A stretch of DNA of 64,000 nt, taken from the NCBI GenBank assembly GCA_964415795.1, contig CAYQBN010000007.1, positions 14,546 through 78,545 on the forward strand, read 5' to 3'. Both the position numbers and the translations under genes were made by a program. This document shows, in pieces, positions 38,699-48,400 of this stretch (positions are counted from its first letter, which is position 1; the number at the start of each line of letters is the position of its first letter). This DNA is from an uncultured Spirochaetales bacterium (GTDB lineage: Bacteria; UBP6; UBA1177; JAKLFG01). The notes under the pieces were generated by a model. That model was not told where the DNA came from and made no database searches. It worked only from the letters and a program-made list of their open reading frames with translations.

Positions 38699-39790
38699 AT
38701 GGAGAGTCCTATGGAAAGCGAGCGAAAATTCCGGCTGGTCAACGACGAGCGGATCTACACCTTCGAAGAGATTGCAGAAAAGATTCTCTCCGCAGAAATT
38801 TCGTGTGACACCCTTATCTGGGAGCCGGCACTTCCCAACTGGGTGAAGGTCTGCGATTATCCCGATTTTACGGAAGTGCTCGCCGAGCGGGAGCGTCTCG
38901 CCCAAGAGGCGCTTGCCAAGGCGATGGGCACCGATAAAGAGTCGATCGAACGAAAAGAGATGAGATCCCTCTTCGAGGATGTCGAACGCGAGAAACAGCG
39001 CCTTGCGTTCTCTCATACTCCATGGCTTCGCTGGACGGTGACCGTGTTCGCCTGCACCGCGATGATCGCATCGACCGCCAAGTTCCTCTATACGCTCTTC
39101 TACACCACGGAAGGACAACAACTTCTCGGGACCGTCATTGAAGACGTGCCGGAAGAAACGATAGATATCGAAAAGGTTCGCATGGCATCGGGCGTTACGA
39201 AGCTCGACGAAGTGAAGGGCATCACCATCAAGAAGGTCGAGAAGAAGCAGGAAAAGGACCTTCTTGCCGTGGTTATCGCCGAAATGAAAGCTGAGGAAGA
39301 TGCCGAAAAGAAACAAGCCTCCGCTCCGAACGCCACCGCAAAGGAGGAAAAGAAAAAACTGGTCAGTCTCTTCGACAAGGTCTCTGACGAGGAAGTGGAG
39401 CAGTTCCGCCGCGCGCTTCTCGCAAAGACCGGCTATAGCGGCTCGAAGAACGCTATCGTGAAGGACAATGCCGCAAAAATGGCGGCGCTTCCCGAGGAAC
39501 TCTCCTCGAAACAGGTCGCAGCGGTCGTCAAAGAACACTCGAACTCGACCATCGCCTACTGTTACAACAAGTCGCTCAAACTCGATGCCTCGCTTTCAGG
39601 TAAACTCGAGGTGACCGTGAGCGTCCTCGGTAATGGCCGCGTCGCCAAGGTCGAGACCACCACCCAAAAGTTCAAAGGAACCAACCTCGAGCGCTGCGTG
39701 AAGGACCTCATAAAGAAAAAGTGGGTCTTTCCCGAATTCAATGGGACCGTGACCGAAGTAACAATACCGTTCGTGCTCTCGTCCGAATGA
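38699..39790 (+). CDS. GltJ-like membrane protein: N-terminal GYF-like (DUF4339) domain, one TM helix, low-complexity K/E linker and C-terminal AgmX/PglI (TonB-C-like) domain
   Basis: The GYF-like end reads YTFEEIAEKILSAEISCDTLIWEPALPNWVKVCDYPDF. The TM helix is WLRWTVTVFACTAMIASTA. The C-terminus STIAYCYNKSLKLDASLSGKLEVTVSVLGNGRVAKVETT...LERCVKDLIKKKWVFPEF...VTIPFVLSS matches the AgmX/PglI C-terminal domain consensus. Confidence 0.55.
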   Translation: MESPMESERKFRLVNDERIYTFEEIAEKILSAEISCDTLIWEPALPNWVKVCDYPDFTEVLAERERLAQEALAKAMGTDKESIERKEMRSLFEDVEREKQRLAFSHTPWLRWTVTVFACTAMIASTAKFLYTLFYTTEGQQLLGTVIEDVPEETIDIEKVRMASGVTKLDEVKGITIKKVEKKQEKDLLAVVIAEMKAEEDAEKKQASAPNATAKEEKKKLVSLFDKVSDEEVEQFRRALLAKTGYSGSKNAIVKDNAAKMAALPEELSSKQVAAVVKEHSNSTIAYCYNKSLKLDASLSGKLEVTVSVLGNGRVAKVETTTQKFKGTNLERCVKDLIKKKWVFPEFNGTVTEVTIPFVLSSE

Positions 39791-40425
39791 TCCGTTCCGC
39801 AGGCAATAACGGAGAAACACTGAGCATGTCGGCGCACCTCAATGACGAACGAGAACTCGTTGCTGCGGCACGTGCCGGTGACGTGCGCGCTTTCGAGACA
39901 CTCGTGCGACGCCACTATGCGACGCTCTACCGTTTTGCTCTGGGAATAACGCATGGAAACGAGGCTGAGGCAAGCGATCTTCTCCAGGAGGCGCTCGTCA
40001 AAGCCTTCCTCGCGATGGGCTGTTTCGAGGGAAGATCGAGTTTCCCTTCATGGCTCTGGCGCATCATTCGGAACGAATATACCGACCACCTCCGGCGAAC
40101 CCATGGGGAATCTACCCCAATCGACCAGATCGAACACCTTCCCGATCATAGCGAAGACCCTGAAGAGGCCGCCCTCGCCGAAGAACGGCGACAGATACTC
40201 TGGCGCCTGCTCGCCGCCTTACCGGAGATCTTTGCCGACGTCATCATCCTCGTGGAGATCATGGGCCTCTCTTACGAAGAAGCAGCCGAATATCTTGGGA
40301 TTCCGATTGGATCGGTACGGAGCCGTCTTTCCCGAGCCCGCGAGCGACTCGCCAAACTGGCGGCACAAGAACGGGAACTTTTTACGCGGCTGGCGCGTCT
40401 TACGGAACGAGGAGGTCGGGTATGA
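39787..40425 (+). CDS. ECF (sigma-70 family group IV) RNA polymerase sigma factor
   Basis: Region 2 reads LYRFALGITHGNEAEASDLLQEALVKAF. Region 4 reads ADVIILVEIMGLSYEEAAEYLGIPIGSVRSRLSRARERL. The ATGA overlap with the upstream gene puts the start at 39787. The alternative ATG at 39826 is also possible. Confidence 0.85.
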   Translation: MIRSAGNNGETLSMSAHLNDERELVAAARAGDVRAFETLVRRHYATLYRFALGITHGNEAEASDLLQEALVKAFLAMGCFEGRSSFPSWLWRIIRNEYTDHLRRTHGESTPIDQIEHLPDHSEDPEEAALAEERRQILWRLLAALPEIFADVIILVEIMGLSYEEAAEYLGIPIGSVRSRLSRARERLAKLAAQERELFTRLARLTERGGRV

Positions 40426-41057
40426 AAGACGAACGAAAAAATCAGGCGGAACGGCTCGTCGCCGACCTCCTTTCTTTTTCGAAGCTCCCCCAGAAACCGC
40501 TTCCCGACGATTTCGAAGCGACACTTCATCGGCGGCTCGTCGAAGCGGCGGCGACACATCCTCGACCGAAACAAGAAAGCAGTTTCCGCCTCATGATGCG
40601 GCCGCTCTTCATCGCAGGAGCATTCACCGCTGTGTTCTTTCTGGGTCTCATGATCGGGCGGATGCTGCCCGCTCCCCGCACTGTCGAACCTGAGCAGATA
40701 CCGCTCGCTGATCGGAGCACTCCGACACCGGCACCAGTGGTTGCCGCGAAGACAGTGGTCCAGCGCGGTGAACCGGTCACCATTCGCCTTGTGTACGAAT
40801 CGGCGAAAGATATTGAAGAGGTACGCTTTACCGTGGTGCTCGATGAGGGGGTTCGTTTCCGCGCGAACGATCCCGATATCGCGTCACAGCGCGAATTGGC
40901 ATGGAAAGGATCGCTCACCGCAGGACGCAACGAGATACCAATCGTCGTGACGGTGGAAGAGGCGGGAGAACGCACCATTCGCGCCCTTGCCCAATTCAAC
41001 GGTACCACACTCGAACAGGTGGTCACCCTCGTCGCCAAGGAGACTCCTCATGCGTAG
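40422..41057 (+). CDS. putative anti-sigma factor (single-pass membrane protein)
   Basis: ATGA overlap with the sigma gene stop. It has a cytoplasmic N-terminus of about 60 aa, a TM helix LFIAGAFTAVFFLGLMIG and a periplasmic domain of about 130 aa. The position and topology are typical of ECF anti-sigma factors. Confidence 0.5.
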   Translation: MKDERKNQAERLVADLLSFSKLPQKPLPDDFEATLHRRLVEAAATHPRPKQESSFRLMMRPLFIAGAFTAVFFLGLMIGRMLPAPRTVEPEQIPLADRSTPTPAPVVAAKTVVQRGEPVTIRLVYESAKDIEEVRFTVVLDEGVRFRANDPDIASQRELAWKGSLTAGRNEIPIVVTVEEAGERTIRALAQFNGTTLEQVVTLVAKETPHA

Positions 41058-41331
41058 CCTCGTCCTCATAGGGTTCTTTTTCCTTCTCTTCCCGCTCTTC
41101 CCTATCACGGCGGGCGATCCGGCAGTGGTTACCCCTTCGACCGAGATCGAGCCGGGAAAGGAGGTCCCCGACTGGGAAGCGCGCTTCCAAAAGCGGGAGG
41201 AAAAGAAAGAGGACAAAGAGCAACGCAGGGAAGTGAGAAAAGAACGCAAGCGCGACGAAGCGGACGAAAAGCGCGAACAAAAGAAAGAACAGCGCCGCGA
41301 GATGCGCAAAGACCATCGCGAACACCGGTAG
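41050..41331 (+). CDS. small secreted highly charged (K/E/R-rich) protein
   Basis: Overlaps the anti-sigma stop by 8 nt. Signal peptide MRSLVLIGFFFLLFPLFPITA|GD, then FQKREEKKEDKEQRREVRKERKRDEADEKREQKKEQRREMRKDHREHR. The composition resembles the 24018 and 51008 proteins. Confidence 0.4.
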   Translation: MRSLVLIGFFFLLFPLFPITAGDPAVVTPSTEIEPGKEVPDWEARFQKREEKKEDKEQRREVRKERKRDEADEKREQKKEQRREMRKDHREHR

Positions 41332-41343
41332 GAACCGATTCTC

Positions 41344-42336
41344 ATGCCGTTCCGCGCTCTGATACGATCTTTCATGCTTATCGTGTCTCTTATCTGCTTT
41401 TCCCCTCTCCTCCCTGCTGCATCACTCGAAGGAGACATCGCGTTCGGGGGTTCCTACAACACCAACGCAGGACTTCTTTCGTCGGATGAGCTTGCGGCGG
41501 CAGACCGCGTCGCCCGAACGAACCGCGCTTTCGGCGCCGATCTCGACGCCCTGCTCTCCCTCTCGTTCACCGACCTTTTCGCTATCGAATACTCCCTTTT
41601 TACCACCGTTACGCCGCCCGACATCACCTCCTCGTTCTGGTATCACTCACTCGCCTTTTCGTTTTCACATGAACTTACGGAGGTAGACATCGAGTACGGC
41701 ATCGAGGTTGGTCATCTCATGATCGGTTTCGAGAATCGTACGATCGATCCGCAACTGTTCCTGAATCTCTTCTGGTACGCCGACGACCACCTTTCCTACT
41801 ACCTCACATCTTCCCTCTCCTATGTGGTTGGACTTTCCGAGACCTACGACTATTTCACGGCGCCGGGTGGCCGCATCGAGAACGGTATCTACTGGTATCC
41901 GGTCTCCGAGAATCGCAGTTTCCTTTCACTCGGCATCGGAGAACGGCTTTTTTTCTTCGGTGAGGAGTATCTCGCCCCCGAGGAGGATCTTCCGCCGGTG
42001 TGGTCACAGCACGGTTTTTCCGAGACCTATGCTCGGCTCAAGGGGAAATTCTTCTACGAAGGATTCAGCGCTGAGGCGGTAGCACGCTACGGCCTTTTCT
42101 ACTACCTTGCCAACGACCGCTGGACCCTCAAGGGAGGTACTTATACGAAGCGGCGTATCGATCACACGATCCGACTGAAAGCAACGATCGAATACCGTTT
42201 CACCGATTTCTTTTCTCTCCTCGGCTACTACCAGTACCAGCGCCTTTTCTCCTCGATAGGAACCGAACCGACCGACTACCACGACCTTTCCTACGATCAG
42301 CACCTCGCGGGAGCCATGGTGCGATTCGTGTTCTAG
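41344..42336 (+). CDS. putative outer-membrane beta-barrel protein
   Basis: Signal peptide MPFRALIRSFMLIVSLICFSPLLPAAS. The sequence is aromatic-rich with alternating amphipathic strands, and the C-terminus ...AMVRFVF ends in Phe as is typical of OMP beta-barrels. Confidence 0.5.
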   Translation: MPFRALIRSFMLIVSLICFSPLLPAASLEGDIAFGGSYNTNAGLLSSDELAAADRVARTNRAFGADLDALLSLSFTDLFAIEYSLFTTVTPPDITSSFWYHSLAFSFSHELTEVDIEYGIEVGHLMIGFENRTIDPQLFLNLFWYADDHLSYYLTSSLSYVVGLSETYDYFTAPGGRIENGIYWYPVSENRSFLSLGIGERLFFFGEEYLAPEEDLPPVWSQHGFSETYARLKGKFFYEGFSAEAVARYGLFYYLANDRWTLKGGTYTKRRIDHTIRLKATIEYRFTDFFSLLGYYQYQRLFSSIGTEPTDYHDLSYDQHLAGAMVRFVF

Positions 42337-42348
42337 GTCGCTCCTAGT

Positions 42349-42390
42349 AAAATCTTCTCAAAAAGAAGGGCGGGCCCGAAGGCCCGCCCG
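42349..42390. terminator. bidirectional rho-independent terminator
   Basis: GGGCGGGCC-CGAA-GGCCCGCCC is a perfect 9-bp GC stem at 42367-42388. It is flanked by an A-run on the plus strand, which is a T-run for the convergent minus-strand giant gene ending at 42416. Confidence 0.6.
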
Positions 42391-42415
42391 CATCGAGGCA
42401 GGAGGCACATAACCG

Positions 42416-45400
42416 TTACAAGGTTCCGGTAAAGAAGGTGCGGAGCTCTTCGACGAGCGGGTTGCCGTCGGTCCCGTGGACACCTTTCGTAACGACCACG
42501 CCGTACCGCACGCCCGGCGCAAAGGTACTGGTAGCGGTGAAGCGGACGACCGGGTAGCCGTCCACCGTTTCAAGGGTAAAGGCGCCCGCCAGTACGACAC
42601 CGGTCTCGACTTCGTAGATGAAGATGGTCGTTTCGTCGGCCGTGAGCATGTCTATCGCCTCGGAGAAGTAGAGGTCTATCACCTGCCCGCCCGCAAGGTC
42701 TATGTCGGCACAGAGCGGCACGGGTCCGAGATCGTCGCCACCGACGGTATCGAAGGCACTCGTGAAATCGGCGCCAAGCATGTTGCCGGCAAGGTCAGCA
42801 ACTGTCCCCGCAACGGTGAGCGTGTAGACGGTCTCGTCGTGGAGATCGTTCGGGAGCGGGACGAAGGTGATGCGACGGTAGGAGTAATCGAGCGCCAGAC
42901 AGCCAAACACGTCGTCCTCGGCATCGGCACCGCAGGCAGGCGGGGTGTCGCGGGTCACCCGGAACGATCCGTCGCTGGAGGTGGTGCTCCGCGTAATGGT
43001 CGCCACCCCGAGCGGCTCGCTTGCGGCAATCCGTACGGTGGCGTTCACGCTGACACCGGCCGCGAAGTTGGCGGGAGAAACCGAGACGATCACCGGCGGC
43101 GTCTCTTCGACCTCGAACGAAACGGAGTAGGGAGCCGCGAGCGCGTTGCCGGCAGTATCAGTGATGCCGTCCATGGTGAGCGTGTAAGGATTGCCATACG
43201 AAACAAGCGGTGCGTTCGGTCTGATAACCACGAGCGTGTTCGTCACGCTGATCGTGGCGCCTATTGCCGTCCCATCGGTATCGGTGAGCGTCACGGTACT
43301 CCCCATCACGAACGAGGCAGGATCGACCGGTTCATTGAAAGAGACCATAAGCATCGTCCACGAGGCGATACCGGTCGCGCCGGCAAGAGATATCCATGCA
43401 CCCGCCTCGTCCTGCCCGAGAGCGCCGGCAACGGTGGGCACCGTGGTCTCGACCGTATAGTTCCGCACATCGTCAGGGTCGGTAGAAGCGATCGTGTAGA
43501 TGTTGGCGATCTGGTTCTTGCGGATCGTCAGTCTGACATCACCGGCACCCGCCCTCAGGAAACGGGTCGGATAGATCTCGGCGATATTACCGCTCTGTTC
43601 GGGAACAAAGTAGAGGGTAAAAGGCACCTGATCGATGAGCCGCCACGAGAGGCCACTCTGATCCGCCGCGAACGGTCGATCGAGGATCGCGTGCGTCTCG
43701 TCCACGACCGTCACGATGGTGCGGCGACCGTTGTTCCCCGCCGTTCCGGAGCCGTAGGTCTCGATGACTTTCCCCTCGTCGCCAGCGGCGAATGTTCCTG
43801 CGGTCCCAACGGTGAACGAGGGGCTTCCCGCCACCACGGTACCGTTGGTACCTGACTTATTAATTTGATCAAGATATACCGAGTACTCGTTGATACTCGC
43901 CGGTGCCATACTGTACCTGTGGTTGGAGCCGCCGTCAGGCCATTTGATGGTAAAGTGCTGATCGCCCCTTACTACGCTTCCGTCAGCCGGCGAAATGTTG
44001 AGTGTCCCATTAGGGGTGATGGCCGTCGTTGCGGGAGCATTACCGATGTCTCCCCATGTCTTCGAAGCGGCGATGACCGGGTTGCCCCGGTAATCCCATA
44101 CGCCACTCGTCACCGAGAGGGTCGCGTCAACCGCCCCATTGACGAGCGCCGGCATCGGTATCACCATGAAGCTCAGCGGCTGGCTCGAATTCACCGCGAA
44201 CAGCGCCGAGTTGATCTCCGATCCCTGCACCAGATAGATCGTCTCGTGGGTCAGACTATCACGATAGAGGGCTCGCGACGAGATGATGAGTGGATTCTCA
44301 AGGACATTGGTCGCCGGTGCATCGGGCGAGAAGCGGAGATGGGTCTCGGGACTCGTGTAGAAGAGGTACCGCGAGATGCCGGCGAAGGGGTTACCGTTCG
44401 CGGCGCGCAGGAAGATCGAGGTATTGCGGTAGGTACGTCCCTTGATGATGAGCCGGTGGTAATCGCGATCGTCGGTGATGCGCCACCGGATGTCGCTTTC
44501 ACCGACGGCGAAGGTGGTGTCGGTGGTGAGGGTGTTCGCTGCCTCGTTCACGCCGGTGATGAGAACTCGCCGCGTGTTACCCGACTGAAGACCGTAGAGG
44601 AAGAGGTACTTGCCCAGATCACGGTAGGTCGCGACCCGGTAGTTATCGCTGGTCGTCGGTATCGTGACCACATTCGATCCCGCCGTCACCGAGGCATGGA
44701 AACCGAGGTAATCGCTGTGATGTATCAGTTCCTTAGCGTGGGTCACATGGATCTCGGTGTCCTCGTTCTCGACGGTGATCGTAAGATCGGCGGGGTTCCA
44801 GTAACGCGCCCAGTTGAGATCGGTCACCGAGGCGCTGAAGGTGACGCCGCTCAGCGTGACGGTCCGATCGTCGATGACCGTTTCGATGAGGTAGAGCCCG
44901 TCGTTCTCTTCCGTGCCGAAGATCTCTATCATCTTGCCTTCGTCGCGCCCGAGGAGGAAGGTGCCCCGCTTGGCGACGGCAAATTGAGAGGATGCGGCGG
45001 TCACCGCACCGTCGATCCCCCGATCGTCCTCGAGGAGAAGGGTGTCGCCGTTCGCCGAGGTCGGGTCTATCTTTTCACGGAAGGAAATGACGAATTCGGC
45101 ATTGACCGGAACCTCGTCGGCACCGCTCAGGTTGGTGAGCCCGACGACCGCGTTGCGGTACTTGACGCTGAGGATCGCGATGCTCGGCGGCGTCGAGAAG
45201 GTGTGCAGGAATTCGTCGCCGCCACTCATCGCTTCCACATGGAGCGGGTTGTCGTTCCAGTTCGCGTTGCGGATGTAGGTAGAGACATGAACGGTGAACT
45301 CGGTGTTGAGCGGCAGGGAGAACTGGGGATCTCCCGACTTCTCGCCGCACGAGTAGAGGGCATAGATGTCGGGAGTGAAGGTGGCGACGGTGCACCCCGC

Positions 45401-48400
45401 ATTGGTGCTTGTGTCACAACCGATATTCCATGTTATCGTTCCGGGAACGACTGTCGTTCCACCGAACTCGTTTTCGTAGGTGACATAGAAGGTGCCGCCG
45501 TTCACCGAGGCGACATCCACGTCCTCGCGGAAGTAGGCGTCGATGGTGAGCGCATCGAGGTCGTCGCTATTGTTGACCACCACATAGAGGAGCAGACCGG
45601 CGGTGCCGGTGTGGAAGGTGGAGGTATAGAATCCGGTGAGCGTGCGTCCATCTATGTCCTGGATGTCCCGCGAGACGACCACTGTGTAATCGCTGTCGGG
45701 CATGAGCGTACTCTTCGGTTTGAGCGTCGCCACCGTCTCACCAGCGGTCCACTGGAGGTCTATCTCTACTGCCAACGGGTCGGAACAGTCGTACTGAACG
45801 CCCGGCAACAGGCAGATGTTGGGGACGATGCCATCGGCGTCGGCGCCAAGGTCACTTTCGACGCTCGCCGTATTGACCGGCGCGCTGAAGGTGACGGTCG
45901 GCATCACATCGAGCGGCACACCGTTCGCGCCGTTGGGAGGATAGATGAAAGCCACGAATTCACCTTGCTTGGCGGTGTGGAACGAGAAGGTGTAGGCAGG
46001 CGACGCGATGCACCCGTCATCGCTCGTGTCACCGGGCGTCTTGTCGGGAGAGCAGACGCCGTCGGCGCCGCCATCAATGGTCACCGTATAGTCGGTGTCG
46101 TAGCAGAGCGCCTCGGGGTCGCAGTCTGCATCGTCCGGCGCGATCTGTATCGTCACCGAGGCCGGATCGGCACAGGTTATCGTCGCGGCGAGTTTCTGAT
46201 TCGGATCGCTCGTCGTTCCCTTGTTGACGAAAAGGGTGGCGTCGGTGATCGTGGCACAGGCGGCCGGCTGGTTGAAGGTGATGATGATCGGCAGGTCGGG
46301 ATCGAAGGCGGAAGAACCGGCGGCGTTCGAGGAAACGACAAAGAGCTTGTCGAGGTGCTCAGTGCCGAACCCAAACGCGAACGGCGGTACGAGGTATCCC
46401 TGCGTCGGGTCGTTGGGATTGACCGCTCCACCTGCCGCTCGCTCGTCTCTCACATCGCTCGTGAGATAAACGAGGAAGTCGCGGCCGTAGCCGAACTCGG
46501 CGTCGGCGGTGAAGGTGACGGTCGCGTTCCCCGGAATGCAGTCCCACGAACCGCCCACCGGATCGCCCGGAGCGACCGGGTCAGTAACGAAGGTGCCATC
46601 ATCGTAGGTGACGAAAATGTTCTGGTCGTTTATCGTCGTGCAGTCTGGGGCATAGTTGAAGGTAACCGTTATCTGGGTCGCAGTGTGCGGCACATCGCGA
46701 TTGTCGTGGGCCGGCGAGGTTGCGATAACGCGCAGTTCTTCGAGCCGTTCCACCTCAATGAGGAACTTCGTCTCGAGCGAATGTTGCCCGCCGCGTACGG
46801 TGGCGCGATCCGATTTCACGACATTCGCCGTCGGATCGTCGGAGCCCGGTATCGTGACGCGGATGAGCGTGCCATACTGATAGGGCGTTTCAGGCGTAAA
46901 GGTCATGAAGATGTCGTCTCCGATGAGCTCGGCGTTCACCGGCGCATCGTCGGCATTGTAGGTAAGCGTCCCCGCGATTGGACCGTGAGCCGGGTCGTTG
47001 AGCGGATCGGCAAGACCGGTGACATCCTCGACGATGACCGTCTCCCCAAGCACCGCCGACGACTGGCGAATCCCTTCAGAGAAGCCAACGATGATGGTAT
47101 CGGTGCGCGGTATCGTGAAGTGGCCGCTGCCAGTGCCGATGGTGACCACGCCGAGCGGCGGCGGATCCATCGTCGAATAGCGGAAGGTGTAGCCGCCGCG
47201 GAGGTGCCCCATGAGCGGATCGGCATGTTCGTTGACCAATTTAGCCTCGGGGGTCGCCACCGCATCGGTAAGCGTCACCACCACATCACGGCTATACTTT
47301 ATCGGCGTATCGGGGACAATGGTGATCGAGGTGTCGCCCTCTGCGCAGGCAGGAGTTATCGTTGCCGGGATCGCAGCACCAGGCACCTCAGGATCGGTCG
47401 TATCGAAGGCAAGGGTGACCGTCGTCCCCAGAACAAGCGTTGTGCAATCAACCGCTCTATTGAAATTGATGGTAATGGAACCATCTATCGGCTTGCCTTT
47501 CTCGCCATCGCCGGGGAAGGTTCCAGTCACGATGAGGTCAGGCGTGGTCTCACTCTCGAAGAGATAGGTGGTCGTGATCGGCAACTGGCCGCCGCGATCG
47601 GTTGCACGGTCCGATTTCACGACATTCGCCGTCGGATCGTCGGAACCGGGCCAGACCACGCGTACCACAGTACCATACGGAAGCGGTTCCGCCAGTGTGA
47701 AGGTAACGACATTATCATCACCGATGAGAGAGGTACCGAGCGGCGCATCGTCAGCGTTGAACGAGACTGATCCGACAATGGGACCATGTGCCGGATCATG
47801 CAGCGGGTCGGCAAGACCAGTGACATCCTCGACGATGATCGTCTCTTCAGGAATCACTGTATCCTGAGCGACCCCCTCCGAGAAGGTGAACACGAGCGTA
47901 TCGGTGCGCGGCATCGGCAGGATACCGGATCCCGTCGTCGCCGATACTATCGAGAGAACGAGCGGATCCTGCATTCGGAAGAGGTAGGTGAGCGTCACCG
48001 GCAACTGACCGCCGCCGTCGGTCACGCGGTCGGACACGACAAGGCCGGTGAGTGGATGCACCGTCTGGTCATCACCGCGGAGCGTGATGCGAATGAGACG
48101 CGAGTAGTCAATGACCGAAAGCGGCGTCACCCGAATGGTCGTGTCAGCACCGGTGAGATACCGGTCATCCCAGTGGATGGTGTCCCCAGCATCGCCTGCT
48201 GGATCACCGCCATTGTCAAGCCATTCGACTGTGCACGGGATCGCTACGGCATTATCTTCTCCCTCGGTTACATCTTCAATGAGAAGCGCACCGCCCTCGT
48301 CGGCCGCGATTTCTCCATCGCCGTCAACATCTATCTCGCGCTGTTTGACCCCTTCACTGAAAGTGATGACGAACGAGGTCGCATCTCCCGAGTCGGGCGC

